Shown here piece after piece: positions 13,001 to 24,602 of a stretch of DNA of 64,000 nt (its first letter is position 1; every line of letters begins with the position of its first letter). Origin of the DNA: Perna viridis (Eukaryota); contig CM074516.1 in NCBI GenBank assembly GCA_037379345.1, forward strand, positions 47,467,626 to 47,531,625. Direction: 5' to 3'. The notes under the pieces were generated by a model, which searched no databases, had not been told where the DNA came from, and was given only the letters and a program-made list of their open reading frames with translations. The position numbers were made by a program, and so were the translations under genes.

Positions 13001-16000
13001 CCAAATAGCCATAGAGGTTTTTGAATACACCAGAAAATCAACAATATTAAAACATATGAAAACCATTGACACAGATGGTCGAACGTAAGTACACTTGTTA
13101 ATCGAATATTTAGGCTCTACTGATGCGATGTGTTTAAGTTTGGGGTATTATAGCTACCTTTTCAGTAGTTATGCTGGAGGCAAAACAGAAAAAAAAACAT
13201 GGAGAAACACAAAACAAATAAAAACATACAATTAATTGAAAGAGTAATCAAGGGAACCAAAATTCTATTGAAAATCAAAAGAATGTGATCCAGGAACAAA
13301 CACTACACATGGAATACAGGCACATACAACAAAGAACATAAAATAACAAGAATAATACATACAAAGTAACAAAAGTAAATGAAAATCTTGGACTCCACTG
13401 AAAACTGGGAGCATAGACCATGTGCACCGGTAGGGTAAGTGTCTTCTGCCTTTCTAGAAACACCCACCGAGTTGCTCATTAAAGTCAATTTCAGGGTAGA
13501 CGAAAGAGGAAAGGAAAACAATAACACGTTGAACAAATCAATTTCATGGTGCAGACAAATCCAATAGTTTTCAATATACTAAAAAACAAAATCATGACGT
13601 TATCAATTTAAATGATGAAACGTTTCAGAATGAACAATTTGGTTCTCATAGCCAAGGACCAATTTTACATAACAGAATACATGAGATTTCCAATTAACAA
13701 CTTCGCCAGTCAGATAGAAATGTACGGAATGTTCAATCTAGGACGGGTGTGGTTCTACAATGGTAAAGAGTTTAAAGAAGTCCTGTCAGGACTAGGATTT
13801 CCCAATGGAATCGCAGCTTCAAAGGACAAAAGGTTATTGGTATATACAACATAAAGGGATGTCTAAATACTTATGTTATACTAGTACTAATCAGGCGTAT
13901 TTATCATAATGTACTAACACAACAAATAGAAAAAAAAATAATCGAAATCCTTATTATGTAATATGTATGTTAAAAATAATACAAAAACAGTCAAATTCAA
14001 TCTATTCACGGGTAAATGACGCCTTGAATGAATTATGAAATATCCAACAGTTTTCTTACTTTCTAGTTTATATCATGAAAGTTTTTAATATTCGTTCTTT
14101 TTTTGTTTAGTGTTATTTACTTAGCAGAGGTATTCAAGAAGCAAGTGTCTTCGTTCAAGCGAAGGTCTGACAATTCTCTCGAATTACTACAGGTAAATTT
14201 AAAATAAACGAAAAAAAAAGTGAAAACTTAGCAGTTCAATAATGTCAATAGTGGATGACAAAGAAAAAGAGAAAAAAAAACACTTTTCATGCGTAGTCCT
14301 TATTCACCGTGTGTAAAAAATTAACAATTACAGGTGCATAATAGTTACCAATCTAAATATTATCTTCTTAAATCATTTATTGGTGTCTTCTGGCTATTCC
14401 AACATTTTGAAAATTAAAATTCATATTCTGGGTATTCCAACATTTTGAAAATTCAAATTCAAATTCTGGCTATTCCAACATGGGAAAAGCAATGGATGTT
14501 TTTTTACAATATAAGGTGTTGTTATAATAATTAATCCCTAATTAGATGTACAGATAAAATATAAAAAAAAATATCATATTGAGGATGTAAAACAATAAAT
14601 GATAATAATGTATTTAGTTATACACCCGTAATCATTTTGTTTGATTGAAGATATAAGCAGTTTTTTTTGTGAATACTTTTGAAAAATAAGAATACTCTTG
14701 TATATTATAATATAAGAGTGTGTTGACTATGTCGTGCTCGTCAGCTTAGACTGACAGAAAAGCTAAGCATTGAACTAAATTTGTACTAACATCAGTAGCA
14801 GACACTGTTTTAAATGGTGAATGGACAGAAACTGCAATTGGAAGCCCTCCCTACTCGCAGATGATGACGCTTGTGGTTCATGCTTATCTTAATAACTGAG
14901 GAAAATCTCACCCATCTAGCTGCAGTTGATACTATCTACGATGACTGTACAATCTACAACAGACCTCCTCTAAACTACCAGCTTTTCACATTCCATACAG
15001 AAGCTGCTGGTACTTCTATATGTTCCCTCTTGTATACTGTCTTCTACCCGACAAAGTCCAACAGATGTAAACACCAGTACTCATTCTATTTGTGGAAATA
15101 CTTTAACCCAACCCTTTGTTCCTGGATTACGAGATTGCCATCAGAAATGAAGGAACTCTTCGCATCAATATAAATGGCTGATATTTCAATTTTCCTAGTA
15201 TATTAGGTGACAGGCACACAAAAGTGGACCCCAGACATCATACATCTTCTCATTTGTCAGGCAGTAGTGTCACCACTACTTCCATCAAACTCAATAAAAG
15301 ATGCATGGTTCAATGCTTAAGAAGATTTCGAAAACTCAGAGACCAATATTCCAATGTTACCCTTTACTGGGTAGAATTCAACAGTATTTTTGGGACCACT
15401 ATTCAACATAATGACCCAGAACAACAAACCACTTAGAGGGCTGGCACAATAAGCTAAAGATACTCATCAAATCACCACACCCAAACATCTTCAATATGAT
15501 TATGCTACTGCAACACAGACAAACCATCCACTCCTGCATTCTACTTTAAAACCGGGCTAGTGGAAAACATATACCAAAGAAAAGAAAGTGCAAACAGATC
15601 TACAATTAACTTACTAACATCATGACAAAGAATCAGGAAATCAGTATTATACAGCTTCACAACTCACACATATTTACTAAAAAGTTGTGAATTTGACTTT
15701 AAATACTTGTGACAATATAATGTTTTGCATATTTTATACCTTTGTTGATAAATTGATAAACATGCATTTATAAATAAAAAAGATACATTTAAAACAATTA
15801 TCTTTTTTATTAAAAAATGAGAATAATCTGTATGTTCCTCATACCAATTTAAAATGCTGTTATAGTATAAACAAAGTTAATCCTTTGTTCAGAATTCTGG
15901 CTACTCCAGTATGAATTTACTTCTTATTTACCTGTAAAATCAAAATTGTTGGAATAACCAGAATAGAATTATCCACGTAATGAATTCACAAGGTTAAACT

Positions 16001-17304
16001 ATATTTATATATTTTGATGATCTGAGATTTATTGTTCACAAAATAAGATTTATTTGGAGCTATAACGAAATAATTATACTAATAGTTTTGAAGTAAATGT
16101 TCTATTTATCAATTTATAAGCGGATGTGAAATTGTAAGGTTGTTTTAAATTTGCTGAATATGTTTCGCCATGTGTGGTAGAACGTACGATTTTCTAATTC
16201 AAATGCATTTAAAAATATTAAAAATTAAAATTAAAAACCCTCAACTTTTGCTAATTTCAGACGTTATTTGTTGACACAGTACCAGATAACATCAATGTAG
16301 ACCCAGACACAGGTGATCTGTGGATAGGATGTCAGCCTAGACTTTACAGTATTCTAAATTACGGTCAATTGGAAGGGAGATTGCAGTCACCTTCGCAGGT
16401 TTATTACACAATTAAGATTATATAATCAAAAAGATGTTCCTTTTAAAGAAGGAATGGCAAACTTATATAGCTTAAAGGCGGATTTATAGTTATTAAGTAA
16501 AATTTTGTTATGGTGAAAGATTTTGATTTTCTATGATTAAGATTTAAGATTGTATGGCGAATCCTTGTGTAAACAGGTAAAAGACCAGATATGGTAAACA
16601 GACACACATAAAAAGAACATAAAATAATCAAAATAATACATACAAAGTATCAAAAGTAAATGAGCAACTTGGACTCGAGTTAAAAGTGCGAGCATGGACC
16701 AAATGCACCGGTAGGGCAAGCATCCTCTGCTTTTCTAGAAACACCCACCGAGTTCCTCGTAAAAAGTCAAGACCCGGGTAGACAAAAGAGGAATTGAAAA
16801 CCATGACACGTTGAACAAATCAGTTTTCGTGGTGCAGATTGATACGCCGTAGCGATCCACGAGTTCATGATGACGACCATAAAACTTCTGTTGTAATGAC
16901 TGCAATCTTGTAGCAACATAACCCTGTTCCAGAAGCCTAATTGTAAGAAGTCTAGCGCGATACAAAAAGTCTGCGTTGTTACGGCAAGCTCTGGCATAAC
17001 GTATCAATTGTGATATGAAAAATCCATACACAGGTGCTGAACAGGTAATTACAATATAAATGGTTGGAGCTGTTAGCGAAAATATTATGACGAACAAACT
17101 TAAATCTACAAAATATATCATATTTGGAAATAGGTAATAAAGATTAAGACAGAAGACAGGAAGCTGACAGAAATGACGGAGGTATTCCTTGATGATGGTA
17201 GACTAATATCAGGATCTGCTGTTGCTTCATACTACAAAGGAAAACTACTGATAGGAACTGTTGGTACAGAGCTTGTTGTGTGTGATGTCTTGTACAATAA
17301 TTAA
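10073..17304 (+). CDS. PON: Serum paraoxonase/arylesterase (PON/MEC-6 family) six-bladed beta-propeller, 349 aa, 9 coding exons
   Basis: Exons 10073-10137, 11457-11533, 11899-11957, 12473-12608, 12967-13084, 13629-13832, 14111-14192, 16261-16398, 17134-17304 join via GT-AG introns into a 1050-nt ORF. Motifs: hydrophobic N-terminus, [65 protein letters not shown]. Confidence 0.93.
10630..11300. mobile_element. Composite repeat with a tRNA-derived head and inverted partial duplications (SINE/Penelope-type remnant) in PON intron 1
   Basis: Minus-strand A-box (TAGCTGGCCGAGTG, 10772-10785) and B-box (GAGTTCGAGTCCC, 10704-10716). Inverted pairs: 10770-10835/11224-11290, 10898-10917/11035-11053 and 10632-10677/10966-11010. 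Follows a (TA)n run. Confidence 0.6.
13190..13560 (-). mobile_element. 3' fragment of a Penelope-like retroelement (same family as 16500-17040)
   Basis: Shares TGCACCGGTAGGG...TTTCTAGAAACACCCACCGAGTT...CACGTTGAACAAATCA..GGTGCAGA with 16700-16840. Confidence 0.7.
14385..15970. mobile_element. Probable decayed DNA transposon in PON intron 7
   Basis: Three tandem TTCTGGCTATTCCAAC units at 14388-14480 and an inverted GTTGGAATAACCAGAA at ~15948 flank broken coding-like sequence (14800-15560). Family not identified. Confidence 0.4.
16500..17040 (-). mobile_element. Penelope-like (Naiad/Chlamys-type) RT C-terminal fragment plus 3' flank
   Basis: [18 protein letters not shown]...LLEQGY..RL...[13 protein letters not shown] matches the RT-thumb signature of PLE-type elements common in bivalves. 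Confidence 0.75.
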
Positions 17305-17989
17305 TATTCACCCAAATGATGTTAGCTTTTCGAAATTTGCACGTATTGATCCTTTTGTAAGTACTTTGTAGACTTTAATACCGTTGATACATTCATGAAG
17401 TTTATGTGATTTACCCTTAATGTTTGTAATTAATGATTAAGGTGTAATCATGAGCCGTCTTTTCATAGTAATATTGTAGTGTTACAACATCATATTTAGT
17501 AGAAATAAAAGTTTTTTTCTGTTGATCAGGTGCATGAATTGGATTACCTTCCAAAAATACCTAGGATCACAAACAATGAAATGAAACACTGGCATTTTGA
17601 CAACTTGCATTGATGCTTTGACACTATTTCCGAAAGCACTTGTATGATTACTATGATGATATCTTGTGTAATATGACGAATGAAACATACTAGTATATGC
17701 CCTAATGGTCGAGACTGATATACGATGACATCAAGTTCACTACGGTGAATATAAATATTTCGTAGGGATAATCTTACTTTGAATTAATTAAATTCCTTAC
17801 CAAAAAGTATGTATGAGACATTTTGTACTTTATAGAAAGTCATTCAAACATATATTAAAACAAAATTATACTTTTACAATAACTGTTTCCACATCCTGAA
17901 TGCAATAATTATCGACGAAACCTAATGATTCATATCTGTTTTGACAAGTTATATTAATAGTTAGAACCATAGATATTAACAATATAGGA

Positions 17990-18700
17990 GTGATATGGTG
18001 TGATGTCTCTACCCTACACATCTTGTGATAAATTCTGAGCTAATTTAAGCAGTTCTCATCAACCATCCTCTAGTGATAAAAGATGTATTTCTATTTTATT
18101 GCAATATCCTACAAAACACATGGTTAATTTAATAATTACTGGTAACATCTTGCCGTAATAAACTCTCAAAAATACAAATGCTTCATAGTCTTGATTATAA
18201 GATTGTTTAAAGTCTTTACATTATTCAATAAGTATTCACTAGCTAGCCTTTAGTATTCTGATGTACACAAAAACAAGAGGTTAAACGATACCACTAGTAA
18301 TGTGTAGTGTATTTAAGGGAAATTTCTGATGAGTTTAGTTCATTGAAGGATGTACATGCGAAGAGAACAAAATGATTTATTTCACACACACAAAAAATGA
18401 AATACACTTAAATGAACAACGCAAAATCATTAAAACTGTCATCAACATGGCATACGACAAAGATAGGCACATGTATAATCGTTTGCTATGGTAGATGAGT
18501 TGCAAAAAAGCACATCCGATACTGTTACATCACTTCCTATGTAATTTTTATTTCATCTTAACCCATTAACTGTGGAACTATGTGCTAACCCAACTGTCGT
18601 ATGAATATGAAAAATGACTGTGGAAATAAGATGTGCATACATTTTTATTATTAGCAGATTATACCATTTTTTTAAATAGATTACATGTAGACAACATCTC
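17990..18700 (-). pseudogene. Degenerate duplicate of NUS1 exon 3 and adjacent intron 2
   Basis: Colinear with 28805-29520. It translates [29 protein letters not shown] versus the functional [31 protein letters not shown], and intronic similarity continues (e.g. GATTATACCATTTT..ACATGTAGAC). Confidence 0.88.
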
Positions 18701-18899
18701 AATGTGTGATCATTCCATTTTCTCCATTCCCTATCCAGGAGAAAATTTTAATTCAGCATGAACGGTTTGTTTTTTTACAGTCGATTTAAAAATTAGCCCC
18801 TCCGATTTTGTTTTGTTTTGTCGGAGACAAAAAAACTAAAAAGAAAAGAAATTTGAAATAAAACGCAAGGTCAAATTTTAATTATATTGGTGTTTTTAT

Positions 18900-19328
18900 A
18901 TACCATCGACATGGACCATGAATTGAAGCATCTACTTGGTATGGGTAATATAGTTCCAATAAACCTTTTGGCATGGATCATGCAAACAGCAACTTGCTAG
19001 GGGCTATATAGGTCTAATAAACCAATGACATGGACCATGCGAACAGCTACTTGGTAGAGGTTATATAATCTAACAAACTGTCGATATATACTATGTAAAG
19101 TACTACTAGGTAGGTGGTTATGGCTCTTACAAACCATCGGCATTGACCAAGTCAATAGCTAATTGGTAGGTGTAATTAAGTTTTAATAAACCATTGGCAT
19201 CGGTCGTGTAAACAGTTACTTGGTGGGGTTTATATAGTTCTAATAAACCATCTACATGGACAATGTAAACCGCTACTTGGTAGGTGGTATATAGTTCCAA
19301 CAAACCATTGGCATTGATCATGTCAACA
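18900..19328 (-). repeat. Diverged ~57-bp tandem repeat (~7 units), 19-aa periodic on the minus strand
   Basis: Recurring AACCAT..CATGG..CATG..AACAGCTACTTGGTAG..TATATAGTT. ORF 19127..19321 reads GLLELY..YQVAVY repeats. Confidence 0.75.
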
Positions 19329-19339
19329 TGTACAGCTGT

Positions 19340-22095
19340 TGCGGATTATAGACTTTCTTAACATCGCGGAAACTTTGTGACTCATTTTAAGCGTTGTAGC
19401 ACTTTGTATAACGTCATTCAGTATGATTCTATGTAAACGTCGTATCTATGTAGAAATGGAAGTTTGCAGTCCTCCATTAAATGTTATGTTTAAAAAACGT
19501 CTTTTGCTCAGTATACGCTAAACACATCATAATCATATTACTATACGATAACGGATAAGATTAATCCGTCGAGGATAAAGACTGTCTGAGCTGGAAATCG
19601 GGCTGCAATTACTACATTCTTCAAGGAACTGGATGACTTAAAGGAAAAAGCAGAATTTGACATTGATCGAGCAGGTCCAATAATAGACCCTGTTGTGAAC
19701 AAAGTGCTATTCTAAAACTGGACGAAGAAATCATTGCCAATACAAAGGATGAGGATATTGATTCAGAAATGACAGATGCAGTTGAGTATAACTTGGAAAA
19801 AGAAACAAAATTGCGCCTCTACGTGAAATTAATGCAAACCATCACAAGACACGGCAAGGGCCTGATGCAATATCTAGTACGCATGATATCGGTTCTACAT
19901 GTAGCATTCGCCCCATCGATACTATGTATGATGCAGCTAATCCATGCACTGTGGAATCCAAACTAAAACCTGCATTTTCTGCAAAGAATAACCTTTACCA
20001 ACAGACTGTACATGTACAGACTATTAAGCTATATGGAACATAGTCAAAAGGCAGAATTGATGTTTTAATTGCTTGGGTAAGCAGATGGCTTCTGATTGTA
20101 GTTCTAAACACAGTTGTCGTAAATGTAAACTTAGGCACCACACAAGCCTATGTAGAGATATTGAAGCGTGGCAAATTCAACCTAGCAATACAGAAAATGA
20201 CACACAAATTTAGCTCCCGTTTGGTCCCTTGCCCAGTGCGACGACGCTAACATACTTTTTGACGAAGGTGCACAACGATCCTTTATCAGGGAAGAATTAG
20301 CTGGAAAATTAAACGCTTAACCTACAAGCTTAGGACAAGAACTTTCGCCACTTGATCTATTCAACAGTATACCTGGAAGCTGACTCTGGAAAAACATCGC
20401 TTTCAGTATTGGTCGTTCCTACAATTGCTTCTCCTATACAGAACAAACGCCATCCCCTATCCCAGAAAATGTCGAATTTAAGAGGAATTAAACTTGCCCA
20501 TCCGCTTTCACAAGATGACAATTTTGATATATCGTTACTCATAGGAGTCGGTCACAACTGGGATATCGTTAAGGATCTAATTGTAAGGAGCAATGGACCA
20601 ACAGCGATGAATTCGAGGATAGAATACGTATTATCTGGATCCATGAAAATTAAAACATGACAGCGCAACTCTAATTTAATGCACATAATGGATAATCGCG
20701 TGGAGCAAGAACTTGACAGAAAAATTCTGGAAGTTAGAGTCACTTGGTATTCAAAAGAACAAGAAACTCGACACAGAAATGAATAACATCAAACTGCACG
20801 CCTCGAAGTTTGAATTTGGGAAATATATAGCAAGCCTGATTGATGACAAAAATAAATTGCCTCCGATGATCACCAGAAAACTTACAGAGAATGATTTCAT
20901 GGTTAACAAAGAACCAAAATTGTTAAAAATATATGGAGATATCATTAATGAACAGGTAAAACGAGGTTTTATCAAGCGTGTAGATAATACTGAGACCCAG
21001 CGTATTCACTACATTGCTCACTATCCAGTCAAGAAAGGTTCTACGACCACCAATTGCGTGCGATTGAATCTTTAAGAGAAAAGCTTCTAGTCCAAGTCTA
21101 AATGATTGTCTGCACTCGTATCCGCCAATGTCAACTGACATAACGAAAAAAAAAAGTAACGACAGACATTGAAAAGCATTTCTACAGGTAGGACTCCAAA
21201 AATCAGGCCGTGATGTAACACGATTCTTTTGGCTAAGCAACCCAATCGATCCTAACGGTCCTTGCATAACTCACCGCTTTAAGTCCGTCCTCTTTGGGGC
21301 AACATGCTCCCCATTTCTTCTCAATGCCACACTCTTTAAACACTTCGAAAAATCCAAGTGAAACACTCTCAAAACTTGCACAGGACTTATATGTAGATTA
21401 TGTACTCACTAGTTCCAATGATGAACTTTTACACTAACTCTAAGTTTACGGAAGGACGAGGGTTTCAACTTGAGATCATGGAACTCAAACTCGAGAATTT
21501 ACGAGATTTAGCTGAAAATGATAACGTGCTCGATTCAGGGAGCGGAATGAGAATTCAAGAATGAGATGGAGTGTGCAAGACGATTTATTATCATTTGCCA
21601 AAATCAACATAGATACAAATATCGAAAAAGTAACAAAGCCAGAAATCTTGAGTCAGTCACTGAAGATTTTCGATCCTCTTGGAATACTCAGTCCGGTAAC
21701 CGTGAAAGCTAAGATGTTTATGCAATTACTATGGTAAATAAATCTAGAGTGGGACGAATGCATACCAATATAATTAGCAGACCAATTGTCAAATTTAGCG
21801 ATTGAACTGTCGGAAGCTTCACAAATTCAAGTATGAAGATCCTTACACGATGATGGTGTATCATCAGAATCAGACGACTATAGCTTGCACATCTTTACCG
21901 ACCCGTCTAAGCAAGCTTATTGAGCTAGTGTATACTTAGTGCGAAGAATAAAATCGCGGCTTGTAATGGCCAAAAATAGAGTGGCACAACTATGGTCAAT
22001 TACCTTACCAAAGTAAGAATGAATGGGCTCATTAGTTGGAGCAAAACTAGTAAAACACATATCGGCTATATCAGGAATCAGTAATATGACACCTC
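19340..22095 (+). mobile_element. Decayed BEL/Pao LTR retrotransposon (gag, protease, RT, RNase H; integrase absent)
   Basis: Gag LDEEII and zinc knuckles CFNCLG...CRKCKLRHHTSLC (~20060-20155), protease region (DEGAQRSFI; VVPTIASP..LAHP..ISLLIG..GPTA), KFWKLESLGI, RT PSLNDCL and FKSVLFGATCSPFLLNATL, FDPLGILSPVTVKAK, RNase H LHIFTD. Many stops and frameshifts. Confidence 0.9.
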
Positions 22096-22775
22096 GTCTA
22101 CCCTAAATATATAGGGTTTCAATTATAAAACGGTTGGAAGTATAGTTCTTTGTCCACTTAGGACCTGATAATGTAAACATAAATCCTGAACTTTGTTGAA
22201 AGGGTGTGTGCTAAGTATGGACTATAGGCAACACAAGTTTTCTAATGCAGACACGTTTCAATTCAGTTCTTATTCAAAACCTTTCAAATGAAACAATTCA
22301 AATGCATCGAATTCATTAAGCGTTTACAATTATCCTGAATCCTTGACTTAAATATAAAATAAGACAAACGCATTGGAGTACTGTTTTGTTCAAGGGCTGG
22401 AGAATAGCAACAGAATATGATGAAATGATTTTTTTTTCTTTTTTAAAAGATAAATATGCATGGAAGGTTGTATTGTGGTGAAGAAAAAATCAAATGTCAT
22501 TTTACAATAAGGAGCTATCATGGTTAAGGTTTTAATTGTTGGAGATTTTTCCTGGTACCCCATTCATTGTAGACTTTTTGTATTAAATTGTCAATTTCCA
22601 AGTTTTTGACTATATTTCAGATGCATATAAATTGTATTATTAGATAACTGAAAAAAAAAATAAATGGATACATCAATGACTTTTACTGTGTAAGATTTGA
22701 AAAAAAAGACACCTAATGGCAGTTTGATATATCTGTGTTGGTAGATAATAAAAGGTCCATAGAAGAGGTCCAAGT

Positions 22776-23138
22776 TATCTCATAATACAAAGATAGGGCA
22801 CTCCTTGGGACTGTGTTTACAGAACTTGTTCTTGCAATGCCTTGTATAAAGGTTGATATCAGGGGTTTAAGTTGTCTCATAATACAAATATAGGGCACTC
22901 ATTGGGGCTGTGTTTACAGAACTTGTTCTTGCAATGCCTTGTATAAAGGTTGATATCAGGGGTTTAAGTAGTCTCATAATACAAATATAGGGCACTCCTT
23001 GGGACTGTGTTTACAGAACTTGTTCTTGCAATGCCTTGTATAAAGGTTGATATCAGGGGTTTATGTAGTCTCATAATACAAAGATAGGGCACTCCTTGGG
23101 ACTGTGTTTACAGAACTTGTTCTTGCAATACCTTGTAT
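22776..23138. repeat. 97-bp minisatellite, ~3.7 near-identical copies, downstream of the NUS1 stop (possibly 3' UTR)
   Basis: CATAATACAAA starts at 22781, 22878, 22975 and 23072. Confidence 0.95.
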
Positions 23139-24602
23139 TGTATACTGTGATGAAAACGCTTGAACGATATCACTTTGTTTATATATTCATAAAAAGTTTG
23201 ATTTCCAGTAAAAGTATAATGCCATATATCTGTAATAATAAAGAAAAACATGCTACAACCACAAGAACAAGAAATGCTTAATCAATTGAAACAACACTAT
23301 TTTTGTATGAAGGGCAATACAGCAGATATTGAACAGAACTGAAAGCCCTACAAAGTGCAGCAGGCCACTTTTGGGGATACAATTGGTAAAATATCCAAAT
23401 TTCATGAGAACAAAATTACTTTTTAGCAGGGCATACACCCAGAAAACATTTCCTTTGACCAATGTCTGGGACATTTCTAAATGGCAAGACAAAGAAGGCA
23501 AATTAAAAAAAAAACAAATATTTTTATCGTATCACGATTCATGTAAATCCATCACCCTGCTCCACAAATAAGTAGCATATTACAGTCCTGTCAGTTATTT
23601 AAGATTTGTAAATAAAATCACAAACAATGGCATTCCTGTCTGTGTTATACAATCAACTTTGTTCTTGCATCAATACATCAGTAAACTACACATCACACTT
23701 GTGAGAATATATATCATTCAATCTGTATATTATGATTTGTTTCACGAGCATTATCTTAAGGAATGTCAACATGTATAACTGCATATTCATTTAATTAATC
23801 TACACGCAATTCAAAATTCTCATAGAAAATAGATCATAAAAATATATCTGCAATATCTAGTTAATGAAGTAACTACATGTATTGAAACTTAACCAAATCA
23901 TAGTTCTTACTTCAAATATTCATCATAATTGAAAACATTAATCACTAGCATTACTCTTACTAAAACAAATACAGTAAATACACAGACACATGATGATAAA
24001 CAATGGAGTTACAACTGAGATATATTTTCTTTAAAATATCACATGAGCTAGAATTAACCAACATCTTAACTAGCTAACAATATAATTTGAAATTTAAATT
24101 CAAGTTTATCAGGTTAAATATCATCTAAATAACTAATGAAATTTGTAAGTCTGTTCAATTTTTGGGTTTTTTACAGATATAAATTTGAACAAAGACAAGA
24201 TACTCACCTGGCTTCAGAATTAATCTTTTTGTCTAATATATAAGGAATAAGACATTTCATTACAATTCATAGTCTTAAATTAACTATAAAATGTAATACT
24301 GTGAGTAATAAGAGAAAAAGTGGTCGATGCTATTAGAAATGATTAAAATAAATACCTTGTATACATGCATCCTGTCAATTAATATAATGAAGTAGACTAG
24401 CCTAGTGAAAATTATGAAGCATTAATAATATTCAAATAAGTCTATCTGAACTAAGGGGTGGATGAAAAACATAAAAAAATGTCCCAGGTAGTCAACAAAC
24501 TGCCGTAATAATGTCTTATCCTACAAATCTTGAATAGTTGGTGGACTGTATGGACTATATTGGTAATTCTTAGTATAAAAGCTATGAAGACTAAGTCCAA
24601 TA

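Noticed and set aside
22776-23138. Regular repeats as a possible CRISPR array
   Set aside because: Units are contiguous with no unique spacers, there are no cas genes, and the context is eukaryotic.
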